This document shows, one piece after another, positions 38,128 to 47,421 of a stretch of 64,000 nucleotides of DNA (positions are counted from its first letter, which is position 1; the number at the start of each line of letters is the position of its first letter). The position numbers were made by a program, and so were the translations under genes. This DNA is from a virus. The notes under the pieces were generated by a model. It saw only the letters and a program-made list of their open reading frames with translations, ran no database searches and was not told the origin of the DNA. The DNA lies in IMG/VR virus record IMGVR_UViG_3300029334_000002; one strand, written 5' to 3'.

Positions 38128-38522
38128 TAACCATCTCTCCCTTCTCCTTCAGCAACTTTTATATCAGCAAATCCATTTACTTCCGTAATAGCATCTATTG
38201 CTTCATTCATAGAGAAATCATAATCATATACAGCATCACCCCATTCATCATAATAAGCATCGTTCCTGTCCTCAATTACGATATATTCTCCATCAGGGTG
38301 CTTTTCTAAAATGTCATCAACCCCATAAATGACCGCTCCGCACCAACTAGCACCAAGCTCACCAGACCAGTTTTTTTCATCATTTACACCAGTAACATCT
38401 AATACATCAAGATTGAACTGATCAATTATCTTCTGAGCTTTTTCTTTGTCAGCAATCCTTGCAAAGCAAATAATGAAACTGCTAGAGCTTGAATTAGTAA
38501 CAAATCCTTTCCGTATTTTCAT
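38127..38522 (-). CDS. Member of the KxGFVTNSSSSS(F/Y) N-terminal-motif paralog family
   Basis: Starts MKIRKGFVTNSSSSSFII; tandem with the previous paralog. Confidence 0.45.
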   Translation of the reverse strand: MKIRKGFVTNSSSSSFIICFARIADKEKAQKIIDQFNLDVLDVTGVNDEKNWSGELGASWCGAVIYGVDDILEKHPDGEYIVIEDRNDAYYDEWGDAVYDYDFSMNEAIDAITEVNGFADIKVAEGEGRDG

Positions 38523-38534
38523 GAGCCCTCCTTT

Positions 38535-38723
38535 CTAGTGGCTCTCGCCACTAGATTTCTTATTCCACTTAGGTTTATCAGTTTTCATTTTATTTACATG
38601 TTTATAGAATGCAAGTGACTTTTTAGATGGCTTCATTCCATGTTTAACCATTCTAGTATGTTTCTTTCCGTTTTTATCTACTTTTGTCTCATACTCTTTG
38701 TTCCAGGAATTCTTTGATCTCAT
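38535..38723 (-). CDS. Small highly basic (Lys-rich) protein
   Basis: 62 aa, more than 30 percent Lys/Arg/His. Confidence 0.3.
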   Translation of the reverse strand: MRSKNSWNKEYETKVDKNGKKHTRMVKHGMKPSKKSLAFYKHVNKMKTDKPKWNKKSSGESH

Positions 38724-38724
38724 A

Positions 38725-39870
38725 TTACATGTCCTCCATTGAATAAATTACTTTTTCTAAGCTTCTTTTTGATTTGAAACACTTCTTAAGCAAACACCAC
38801 ATAATGGCTTTTTCAGTATCATCTTCGTCTTCCCAATCATTTAAGACTACAGAAGTCTGTGTTCCATCTTTGAACCCTACAGTAGTTCTAATTTTTCCTG
38901 TAGCAATATCTTTTGTTCTTCCTACAAATGTGATATCATCTTTCGAAAGTGTTTTACAAACCTGTTTATCAGTTTTATTTTTAGGTACAATATATACATC
39001 AATGCCTAAAGCATCTTTAATCTGGCGCTCACAGCTTCTAAGCTCTTCTCCAATAGTATGCTCTTTTTCTTTTTTCGCTACTGCTTTTTCAAGTGCTTTT
39101 AAAATCTCATCTGGTGACATATTCATATCTGTTTTCTCCTCTTTATAATTAAAATACTGCATTGGTTTCAGTTTAAACTTATTTTTTGTATGTAAACGAT
39201 CAATCCGTCTTTTAATTTCCGGATCATCGCAAATACCTGTACGAATATATCTATCTAATACTGCATAGGTAAATCCGAAGCTATCTTCATCTGATTTACC
39301 GCATAACCCATCTGATGGTGTTTTCTCTATATATTTTTTAGGTAGTCCTAAATAATAACCGATTCTTTTTACTTCACTCTTTGTGAACTGAGCCAACGGT
39401 GAAAAGTCCCCTGCTGCGTCACCATATCTAGTGGAGTATCCGATGTAATCCTCAGAAAGATTACATGTATTAACCACTCTTCCATTGTGTGACTGTGACA
39501 CCCCGTATAGAGTGGTCATTCTTAGTCTAGGAGCGAGATTAATTAATGTCTGATCTGTTACATTAAATGCAGCATCAATTTGATCAATAATATCATCATA
39601 GGCAGATCCAACATTGATAGTAAGATAATCAATCCCCAATACATGCTGGCAAATGTCATATGCCACATCAATATCATCCTGTTTATAGTTCGGCATGATT
39701 ACTCCGAGAACTTTGTCAGCTCCAACGGCTTCCACACATAGCTCAGCAGCTACTAAAGAGTCAACGCCACCGGAAATACCTACTATGAGATTACATCCAG
39801 GACCATTCTCTTCTCTCCAATCTCTAATCCACTGAATACAATCATTTGTTGCTTTTTCTACATTAAACAT
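38725..39870 (-). CDS. nadE: NadE-like PP-loop amidotransferase/synthetase (NAD+ synthetase family) with a C-terminal extension
   Basis: PP-loop LIVGISGGVDSLVAAEL followed by VLGVIMPN, the NadE-type arrangement. 381 aa, against about 275 aa for typical NadE. Confidence 0.55.
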   Translation of the reverse strand: MFNVEKATNDCIQWIRDWREENGPGCNLIVGISGGVDSLVAAELCVEAVGADKVLGVIMPNYKQDDIDVAYDICQHVLGIDYLTINVGSAYDDIIDQIDAAFNVTDQTLINLAPRLRMTTLYGVSQSHNGRVVNTCNLSEDYIGYSTRYGDAAGDFSPLAQFTKSEVKRIGYYLGLPKKYIEKTPSDGLCGKSDEDSFGFTYAVLDRYIRTGICDDPEIKRRIDRLHTKNKFKLKPMQYFNYKEEKTDMNMSPDEILKALEKAVAKKEKEHTIGEELRSCERQIKDALGIDVYIVPKNKTDKQVCKTLSKDDITFVGRTKDIATGKIRTTVGFKDGTQTSVVLNDWEDEDDTEKAIMWCLLKKCFKSKRSLEKVIYSMEDM

Positions 39871-40405
39871 TCTGCTCCTCCAATTTCCACAGTTCTACTT
39901 CAAAACTACTTAATTCTTCTTCTATAATCTTATAAACCACTTCCCAGTCTGCTCCTCCTCTTCCGCAGCCTATTTTATATGGGAGTGCAATGGTTGTCTT
40001 GTGAGGTCTGTTATCAGCATCAAACCAATAAACAGGTATTTGTTGTCGAATAAAATTTAATCCTTCTCGAAAAGCTTTAACATCAGTATACTGTTTTCCA
40101 TCATATCCATACTTGTCTTGTGCAAATAAGGACAATATCTCTTGATTTTTCCTTCTGATAAAGTACTCGTCATATGTTCCAAGAAGTAATTCTGGATTAA
40201 ATTCACGTAATTTACAAACGTTTCTATAATGTATATAAATACCTTCGTCATAATCTCTTAATGCTTTAGCAACTCCAGTATTCATTTCTCCTTGGCAATT
40301 AACTTGATGAATTATATAATCGGTCTGTGCATCTACAATGTTACCTTCAATAATTTTAATCATAAATCTTTTCCTATAAATCCTGAAATGTAAACTTCTC
40401 GCCAC
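39863..40405 (-). CDS. Macro-domain protein (ADP-ribose binding / hydrolase)
   Basis: IIEGNIVDAQTDYIIHQVNCQGEMNTGVAKALRD matches the macro-domain N-terminal signature (GDIT...DAIVNAAN...GGGVA). Confidence 0.6.
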   Translation of the reverse strand: MARSLHFRIYRKRFMIKIIEGNIVDAQTDYIIHQVNCQGEMNTGVAKALRDYDEGIYIHYRNVCKLREFNPELLLGTYDEYFIRRKNQEILSLFAQDKYGYDGKQYTDVKAFREGLNFIRQQIPVYWFDADNRPHKTTIALPYKIGCGRGGADWEVVYKIIEEELSSFEVELWKLEEQNV

Positions 40406-40775
40406 AGGAGCAAATCACTTCTCCAATAGTTCCGATTGATGTTGGTGTAAAGCACCATGTAAGAGAGCCGCCTATGCAACCATGTCCCATTGCTCTCTGT
40501 TCCATAGTTTTCAAACCATGTTTCTCAGCATCATGTTTTAATTCCCACTCTCTGATTTTCTCTTGTTCTTTTTCTGAAATTGGAAATCCTCTATACAGAT
40601 CCTCTTTTGCTTCTTTTAACTCGGTTGCCATTCTCTGCATTTCTGAATCTTTATAATGCTCATCTTTGAGTTTTTTATTTTCTTCTTCCAGATACTCAAT
40701 ACGTCTCTCTTTGTCAACTGTCTTGTCAATAATTCCTTGACAAAGATCTGAGATTGATGCGTTAAAAAAATTCAT
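40374..40775 (-). CDS. Hypothetical protein
   Basis: ORF only. Confidence 0.3.
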   Translation of the reverse strand: MNFFNASISDLCQGIIDKTVDKERRIEYLEEENKKLKDEHYKDSEMQRMATELKEAKEDLYRGFPISEKEQEKIREWELKHDAEKHGLKTMEQRAMGHGCIGGSLTWCFTPTSIGTIGEVICSCGEKFTFQDL

Positions 40776-42242
40776 TTAATTCCCTCCATTTAGTCTATTC
40801 CTGATCTTTTTGAATGTTTCTACATAACACATTTCACCATCTTTAAATACAGTTTTTAATGCCCCATCATAAACAAAGCTGTCATATCCATCTCTGCACC
40901 TTAATTCTCCATTTTCATCGTAATATACATGACAACATCCTTTATGAGATTTCTTTAAATGGCTTACATCTGTCTTTGGATCTTTGTAAATCATAATCGG
41001 TTGTCCGTTAACTTCTCCAAATGTAGCTTTCATAGCAATGCCGAACATATCTCTGGTTACAACGACCATACGTCCATCAGGTTCTACAACTGCCGAGAAA
41101 CAAAAAGCCCCAACTCCAAATACAATGTTGTTTGCAGCGAATCCTTTCTTCTCAAGTTCTTCCCATACCTTTTTTACATTGTTAAGAGTACAGCCATCAC
41201 CATAGATAATTCCAATATGAGGGTCCAGTACTTTGTAACCTTTGCTATTTACTGATCCTTCAAATGTATTCCAGAGTTTTTCGATAGTCTTAACTGAAAT
41301 CTCTACCATATCACCAGAATCCGGACGAACCAAGAGCTTACCATTGTGCTGCATAATTTCTTTTTTGCAAGCTGGAAGAATATTGTCAATCATGTTCCAG
41401 TAATCATATGTATCAGATACCATGCTGAAAGATGCATTCGGATATAATTCTGTAAGTAGTCTTTTCACAAATGTAATTTCGTCTCCGTCCACAGCATAAT
41501 TTGAAGCCATGACCGCATGTTCGGTAGAAATCGCACCAATTCCAATATGACTCACGCTACAGTCATTGAAATAATATTTGTCCAAATAATCAATTGCCGG
41601 GATCGTACTTGTCTTATCAAAGGATAATAGCCAAGCAACGGAGCATCTCTCTGCTTCTTCCATACAGGACATTCCACGCATTCCAAAGTCTGAGCAGGCC
41701 ATTTCAGGTCTTAAAATGTCGTCGCAGGTCTTTTTATAGTAGAAATTTGCCAGTTCTCTGTACATATGTCCAATTGTTGCATGAGCACACGGCTTCCAAA
41801 GCTCAACCTGCAGAATACACTCAATCCACTGCACAACCCATGCAAAATCTGGATGTGTATTCGTGATTTCAATGCATGGCACTCCCATAGGCACTAATGT
41901 ACCTTCCGGTAATGCACGGATCTGAATCGGAAGATACCCTAATTCGTGAAGTTTAAGGATTGGAGAAATATCGTAATTTCCTTCTCCTAACTGAATGTCC
42001 ATACTAATTGTATAAAGTTCTTGAACTTCATCAGTGCTTAATTTAAAGAAATCTCTTTTAAAATATGTAATAAGATATTCTTTAATAAAAGCCTGCAGTC
42101 CGAAGAAAACCATATGATCCTGCTCCTTTAACATTGATCTTCTCGGAGTCCAATAAGAGACTAACTTCGTCAATCCTCTCGGAAACATATTGTGGTGTAC
42201 TTGTTTGTAAGTATCGCTTAACAGAATTGCTAAGGTATCCAT
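40776..42242 (-). CDS. nadV: Nicotinamide phosphoribosyltransferase-like (NadV/NAMPT family; possibly a Namat-type ADPR-PP:nicotinamide transferase)
   Basis: N-terminus LLSDTYKQVHHNMFP matches the NAMPT start (TDSYKVTHYKQYP); about 490 aa, typical for the family. Confidence 0.7.
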   Translation of the reverse strand: MDTLAILLSDTYKQVHHNMFPRGLTKLVSYWTPRRSMLKEQDHMVFFGLQAFIKEYLITYFKRDFFKLSTDEVQELYTISMDIQLGEGNYDISPILKLHELGYLPIQIRALPEGTLVPMGVPCIEITNTHPDFAWVVQWIECILQVELWKPCAHATIGHMYRELANFYYKKTCDDILRPEMACSDFGMRGMSCMEEAERCSVAWLLSFDKTSTIPAIDYLDKYYFNDCSVSHIGIGAISTEHAVMASNYAVDGDEITFVKRLLTELYPNASFSMVSDTYDYWNMIDNILPACKKEIMQHNGKLLVRPDSGDMVEISVKTIEKLWNTFEGSVNSKGYKVLDPHIGIIYGDGCTLNNVKKVWEELEKKGFAANNIVFGVGAFCFSAVVEPDGRMVVVTRDMFGIAMKATFGEVNGQPIMIYKDPKTDVSHLKKSHKGCCHVYYDENGELRCRDGYDSFVYDGALKTVFKDGEMCYVETFKKIRNRLNGGN

Positions 42243-42610
42243 TATTTTTTATCCTCCTCTTTGTCATTTACAATTTTATCAATCTGATCTGTGATATAAT
42301 CAACTACATCTTTACCAGTTTTGCCAATTGTTTGAATATTATCTGGTGTGATTTCATTTACAACTGCCATCGTATATATTGTTTCTGTATTAGGTGTCAT
42401 GATTGTAATGATAGTCATTACAACACATCCGATAATTAATTTGCTAATAGTTTTTCTAAACTTAAATGGTTCGTTATATCCGGTTAATCCAGCAAATAAA
42501 GCACACATAGCAATAACTCCGCATATTCCTGCGATCATTCCAAAAAATGTTGTTAAATTATCTGCTCTACTAGCAGAATAAATCAACCAAGGACTAATAA
42601 TCGGTTTCAT
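42242..42610 (-). CDS. Small membrane protein
   Basis: Several hydrophobic helices. Confidence 0.35.
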   Translation of the reverse strand: MKPIISPWLIYSASRADNLTTFFGMIAGICGVIAMCALFAGLTGYNEPFKFRKTISKLIIGCVVMTIITIMTPNTETIYTMAVVNEITPDNIQTIGKTGKDVVDYITDQIDKIVNDKEEDKK

Positions 42611-42623
42611 ATTTTTATCTCCC

Positions 42624-43013
42624 TTATAACTTTCCTATCAAACAGCCCCAAGTAAAAGCAATCTGAAACATATGAGTTATCTGATCTTGAATTAAATTAA
42701 TTTTCTTTTTATTGGCTTTCATATCATCTACTAACATATGTATCAATAAATTCATAACCAATAATAAAGGATTCCATTTACCGCCAATAATCATAAGCGC
42801 AATTGTTGGTGGTAACATAATCATAAATGACCAACTAAAGCTATGCATAAACAACGCTGCTAAATAATCATATTTATATAATTTTCCTGGTGAATTCTTT
42901 TCCCACCATGATTTTTGTTTTGCAGATGCCAACCATCCTTGTAAATAATAATCATCTACAATGTGGCAGAAAATCATTGTAAATAATATAAATATTTTAT
43001 ATGCGATATTCAT
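42624..43013 (-). CDS. Small membrane protein
   Basis: Hydrophobic helices. Confidence 0.35.
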   Translation of the reverse strand: MNIAYKIFILFTMIFCHIVDDYYLQGWLASAKQKSWWEKNSPGKLYKYDYLAALFMHSFSWSFMIMLPPTIALMIIGGKWNPLLLVMNLLIHMLVDDMKANKKKINLIQDQITHMFQIAFTWGCLIGKL

Positions 43014-43816
43014 TATCTAAACCTCTCAACAAGTTCAATCTTAGGACTTTCCAGATTTGTCAAGATCGTATCTGTCGTATAAATCTTCTCAATCAATCCA
43101 TTATTTTTCAGAAGTTCTCCTTCATAAATAGTATTCTCACAATGAGTAATATAAAGATAAATCTTACCTACACCGGCCTCTTTCAGCTTTTTAGCACTAT
43201 AATAAAAAGTACCACCTCTGCTGCAAATGTCATCTACAATAAGAATGTCTTTACCTGGTAATTGATCAATTTCACCAGATAAATCTAAACCTTTAATCTC
43301 TCCGGTCTCCCAATCTCTATTCTTAATACCGAAAGCATATGGAAGATGTACTGCTGAAGAATATCGCTTCATGGATCCCGCATCCGGATAAAACATCATA
43401 AGGTTATTACTCGCAATCTTCTTAACAGCATCCTCAATCATTCGATTCGGGGATTCTACATGTACTTTATTAAATAATGCGGCAGATACATCAGAATGCG
43501 GATCTAAAACTTCTACTTTTCCAAAATGTAATGAATTAATAGTCTGAGCAAAATATTTTAAAGTAAATAATTCGTTCTCATGCTTGACTCGATCCATACG
43601 TGCATCTGGGATATAAGGCATATATAAATTAGGCACTACTCTATGATCCCAACAATATCTAGTAATATATTCAACTGCTGTTAATTCTTCCATTGATTCA
43701 AAGAACCATTCAATATTATCTCTACACCATCCTCCGATAGGTGGGATATTCTTAAATAAGAATGTCCCATCCGGATATTTATCAAGTTTGATTTCTACAC
43801 CGTTTAATTTAATCAT
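43013..43816 (-). CDS. Ribose-phosphate pyrophosphokinase-like (Prs family; possibly an Adps-type ADP-ribose pyrophosphokinase)
   Basis: LYMPYIPDARMDR (Prs PYxxYARQDR), LDPHSDV, and the PRPP-binding loop LIVDDICSRGGT. The N-terminus is shorter than in canonical Prs. Confidence 0.65.
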   Translation of the reverse strand: MIKLNGVEIKLDKYPDGTFLFKNIPPIGGWCRDNIEWFFESMEELTAVEYITRYCWDHRVVPNLYMPYIPDARMDRVKHENELFTLKYFAQTINSLHFGKVEVLDPHSDVSAALFNKVHVESPNRMIEDAVKKIASNNLMMFYPDAGSMKRYSSAVHLPYAFGIKNRDWETGEIKGLDLSGEIDQLPGKDILIVDDICSRGGTFYYSAKKLKEAGVGKIYLYITHCENTIYEGELLKNNGLIEKIYTTDTILTNLESPKIELVERFR

Positions 43817-43869
43817 TCCAAATCTCCTTATAATCTATTTCTTACTGTTTAATAATCCTTACTTAACTT

Positions 43870-44331
43870 TTACTTATGCTCAATATCACAGGTAGTTATT
43901 ACAGACGGATTATTCAAATGATTGCCATTACAGAAATTATTGATAAAATCCACCTGTCTTTGGAGATAATCAATAGAATCACATAGTGAAACTTTTACAT
44001 AACTTAATAATTCTGCGACAATTGTACTAATCTTAAACAGTTCATTTTCTTTATCATCGTATTCAACGCCATCTGCATGATTAAACGGTGAGGTTGCGTC
44101 AGCTGTTTTTATATAAAAATCATTATCCTCATTTTTATAAATTGAGCACACCCAAATAGTATCGTCATAAAGCCCATCAAACTCAAATACTTGTAAGGTT
44201 TCTGTATTGTTTTTTTCAACAAGTTTTGTAGTGATCACTCCATCACAGTCATATTTACGTAAGTAGTTCTGAATATCCTCTAATGTAATTTCTTCTAATT
44301 TCTTCATTTCCACAGTATTTTCTCCTACCAT
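43870..44331 (-). CDS. Hypothetical acidic protein
   Basis: ORF only. Confidence 0.3.
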   Translation of the reverse strand: MVGENTVEMKKLEEITLEDIQNYLRKYDCDGVITTKLVEKNNTETLQVFEFDGLYDDTIWVCSIYKNEDNDFYIKTADATSPFNHADGVEYDDKENELFKISTIVAELLSYVKVSLCDSIDYLQRQVDFINNFCNGNHLNNPSVITTCDIEHK

Positions 44332-44332
44332 C

Positions 44333-44881
44333 TTATTTCTCTCCTATCACATTAATCTGGCAACTTTTCATCACTTCTAAAGCTGCTTTATGCTTCTCCG
44401 GTGAAGTCCCGGCACAGCATGACGCATCAACTGTAATTTCTATATCCGGATAATGTGTTTTTAATACTAATGCATTAGTTACTACACAGATATCTGTGCA
44501 TACACCAATAATTTCAACATCATAACAACATATCCAATGGCTTATATTCCATCTATATCCAAAAGTATTTTTAGGATAAATCTTTTCCATTGTTGAAAGT
44601 TCAACATTTAATTCTGGAATAATTTCATAGCCAGAAGTTCCTACAATACAATGTGACACTGGAAGTTTTTTGCCTTCTGGTGTTTCCAAATAATCATCGT
44701 AATGAGTATCAGTTGTAAAAATAATCACATCATCTCTTGATCTATATTCTTCCACTTTTTTCACTATATTCGGTACAACTGCCTGAGCTTCCGGTGTACC
44801 TAGCGAACCTGTCACAAAATCATTCTGAACATCAATAACAATCAAAATTTTCTTTTTATTTTCCACAAGTACTACCTCCAA
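44333..44881 (-). CDS. pncA: Isochorismatase-family hydrolase, nicotinamidase (PncA)-like
   Basis: ILIVIDVQNDFVTGSLG and SHCIVGTSGYEII (catalytic Cys), following the PncA pattern. Confidence 0.6.
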   Translation of the reverse strand: MEVVLVENKKKILIVIDVQNDFVTGSLGTPEAQAVVPNIVKKVEEYRSRDDVIIFTTDTHYDDYLETPEGKKLPVSHCIVGTSGYEIIPELNVELSTMEKIYPKNTFGYRWNISHWICCYDVEIIGVCTDICVVTNALVLKTHYPDIEITVDASCCAGTSPEKHKAALEVMKSCQINVIGEK

Positions 44882-45455
44882 CAGTCATTCTCCCGAATGG
44901 GTACTCTACAACTCTATAGCTACAAAGAATCTCCATTTCTTTAACAACGTCTCCTTTACACATCTCTAATAAGACACCAACTTCTTCTGCTACTTTTTTA
45001 ATTTCAACTTTTTTCTCTTCTGCTGAACTTAAAGTAATAGTTCTCATTCCTTTGGTATAATCAGAAGTCATATCATAAATATTATTTGGTATTTCAACTT
45101 TAAACCCGGCATCTTTTAGATCATTCATATGTAAAATTAAATCATGAGTATACTCATCTTCTGCAAGCAATTCCATTAATTTAATTTCAGCTTCCTTATC
45201 AATCTTTTCAATACTTCTTTTCTCCCAAAGTTCTATAATTGACATATCATTTTCCTTTCTTGTAAAATTATTTAGCTCATTTTCTTTAAAATAAAAATCT
45301 CCTTCTTCTGATTCTTCATTGTAATAACTAGAGATATGTATTCTTATATTGTTAGAATAAACTGTTTTTACAACGCCTGTAGCACCTGCAATATCATATT
45401 GTTTATATTTTTTAGGCACTATTATTACTTGTACTATATCTCCTACTTGAAACAT
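44856..45455 (-). CDS. Hypothetical protein
   Basis: ORF only. Confidence 0.3.
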   Translation of the reverse strand: MFQVGDIVQVIIVPKKYKQYDIAGATGVVKTVYSNNIRIHISSYYNEESEEGDFYFKENELNNFTRKENDMSIIELWEKRSIEKIDKEAEIKLMELLAEDEYTHDLILHMNDLKDAGFKVEIPNNIYDMTSDYTKGMRTITLSSAEEKKVEIKKVAEEVGVLLEMCKGDVVKEMEILCSYRVVEYPFGRMTVGGSTCGK

Positions 45456-45479
45456 TTTTTACTCCTTTCTATTTATTAA

Positions 45480-45561
45480 TCCACCCAGAGAGACTCGAAC
45501 TCTCACGCTATTAAGCATTAGAACCTAAATCTAACGTGTCTGCCAATTCCACCATGGGTGG
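45480..45561 (-). tRNA. tRNA-Leu (anticodon TAG), type II with a long variable arm
   Basis: Manual fold: acceptor CCACCCA/TGGGTGG, anticodon stem TTAGA/TCTAA with loop TTTAGGT, a 15-nt variable arm, T-arm GAGAG-TTCGAGT-CTCTC. Confidence 0.7.
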
Positions 45562-45689
45562 GTACAACTGGCAGTTCAACTGCCAATTGTTAATAATGAA
45601 AGCGACTATTATATTTACTTATTCACTACTTACCAGCCTTGTACAAACTAAGAGCCAAGTATAATCATGCTCATAAACTTTTACCAAGG

Positions 45690-45790
45690 ATTTGATAAAT
45701 CTTTATTCTTTATGCTTTATTCTTTAATCTTTAAACTGGGATAAACTTTGAATTTTGAATTTTAAGATTTGAGTTTTAATCTTTGAACTT
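45690..45790. repeat. AT-rich degenerate tandem repeats (CTTTATTCTTTA, TTTGAATTTTGAATTTTAAGATTTGAGTTTTAATCTTTGAACTTTA)
   Basis: Seen directly in the non-coding stretch inside the tRNA cluster; iteron-like or promoter-like. Confidence 0.3.
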
Positions 45791-46003
45791 TACAGTACTA
45801 TGGCTATCTGCCTCATCCAATAATATAATATATTAAGCTTACAGGTCCTATACGACCACGTAATCCTAATCCATTTTGTATTTTATACTATTATCTACTG
45901 TATAAGTAATGCTGTGGTTTCTTTATTGTTTTATATATGTCTAACCCAGCTAAAAGGACATATAGATTATAGTTTAAAGTTTTCGATAAGCAGTGAATAT
46001 ATC

Positions 46004-46642
46004 TTAGTATGTAATTTCTATTTCTGTCAGAGAATTACTTACTGAAAGTGCCGCATCTACTTCAGCAGTGAACTCTGCAATTTCTGTTTCTAAATCCTCC
46101 ATTTCTTTAAGAACACCAATTGGATCAACAAGTTCCATTGTCTGAGCTTCTATATAGGCTTCTCTAGTTTTTGTAAACTCTTCAGTAGAGGTTTTACCTT
46201 CTTTGCTACCATAGAGCCCTACAACATAATTTTCAGCTTTATCTTCCAATTTACCATTCTCAGTTATGATCTGAGCCATAGCAGCATCATACTGTTTTTT
46301 AATTTTCTGTTTTAAAAGTTTCTTGAAGTCCATTCCATGATTTTTCATTTCAATAGCTTCAGCTACTGTATACTCTTTATCAGCAACAGTGACTTTAGTT
46401 ACTGCATTTGAAAGAACTACAGCTCTTTTAATAGCTTCTCTTCTCTTGATTAAATCAGTTGCTTTATCATAAGAAGATTTCATAACCCCTGTGTAAACTT
46501 TGATATCTACACCTTTGACTTTTGTGTTAGAATGCTTATTTGAAATACAAGCTTCTACACTGTTAATTGCTTTTACAATACGATCATCTAAGATCTTCAG
46601 TTCCGCTAATGCTTTGTGTACATTCATTTTTTCTGTTGTCAT
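46004..46642 (-). CDS. Hypothetical coiled-coil protein inside the tRNA cluster
   Basis: 212-aa ORF. Confidence 0.35.
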   Translation of the reverse strand: MTTEKMNVHKALAELKILDDRIVKAINSVEACISNKHSNTKVKGVDIKVYTGVMKSSYDKATDLIKRREAIKRAVVLSNAVTKVTVADKEYTVAEAIEMKNHGMDFKKLLKQKIKKQYDAAMAQIITENGKLEDKAENYVVGLYGSKEGKTSTEEFTKTREAYIEAQTMELVDPIGVLKEMEDLETEIAEFTAEVDAALSVSNSLTEIEITY

Positions 46643-46683
46643 GATAAATACCTCCTGAATTTTAAACTTTAATTTAATTGCCT

Positions 46684-46756
46684 GTGATAAGAGTGGACTC
46701 GAACCACCGACCTCACTTTTGCAGTGCGCTCTTTTTCACAACTGAGCTACTTATCA
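46684..46756 (-). tRNA. Aberrant tRNA-like gene (isotype unclear; possibly pseudo or noncanonical)
   Basis: Acceptor TGATAAG/CTTATCA, D-stem GCTC/GAGC around a 12-nt D-loop, and T-arm GGTGG-TTCGAGT-CCACT are all present. The anticodon region (GCACTGCAAAAGTGAGG) cannot form a canonical 5-bp stem with a 7-nt loop. Confidence 0.35.
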
Positions 46757-46981
46757 CTTTTCATGCATGACCTGTCATGCTGCAGTCACAACAGGATTAT
46801 GTGTTCTTTGATCAGCTCAATTCCCTACATTTTCTCTAAAGCTGAATGTTTGTCTCATTACAAAACATCTCAAAAACTATCTGTCTTTCCAGCGCCATCT
46901 GATTCTCACTACCAAATCAGCAACGGCTCTTTACTATTGAAAATTAGAGCTCTCAAAAGTCACTCCTTCGTCAGGAGAAGT

Positions 46982-47055
46982 GGAAACTCTGGGACTCGAA
47001 CCCAGGACCGACCGGTTATGAGCCGGTTGCTCTAACCAACTGAGCTAAGTTTCCA
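46982..47055 (-). tRNA. tRNA-Met/Ile2 (anticodon CAT)
   Basis: Acceptor GGAAACT/AGTTTCC, D-arm GCTC-AGTTGGTTA-GAGC, anticodon stem ACCGG/CCGGT with loop CTCATAA, T-arm CTGGG-TTCGAGT-CCCAG. Confidence 0.7.
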
Positions 47056-47421
47056 TAGTGGGTGAACTTTGAAAACACCCACATATAAAAACGTAACAAC
47101 TATAATGATTGATTTGTAATCATGTCAGCTACACGAACAGTCGTCACCATTCCGTTGCCCCATCACTCACCTCTACCTCACTGACTCAATTACTTTTTTC
47201 GCCTTATACTAATTACTCATTAGCACAAAGCACATCTATATAAATGTTTTGTACATTCAAACCATTGCTACCAATGTACTGTGTTCCCTTTTTTGAACAG
47301 GTTCCAGTTATTAAACCATCCAAAATTTCACTTAAGTTTTATCTATGTTCGCCATGAACATAAGTAGGTATACCTTAGTTCTATTGGTTACCTCTTTGGC
47401 CTTCAGAGCTAACTTAGAACT

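Noticed and set aside
45690-45790. CRISPR array
   Set aside because: The repeats are short, AT-rich, degenerate and tandem without unique spacers of regular length. No cas genes accompany them; the Cas4-like ORF elsewhere sits in a replication context.
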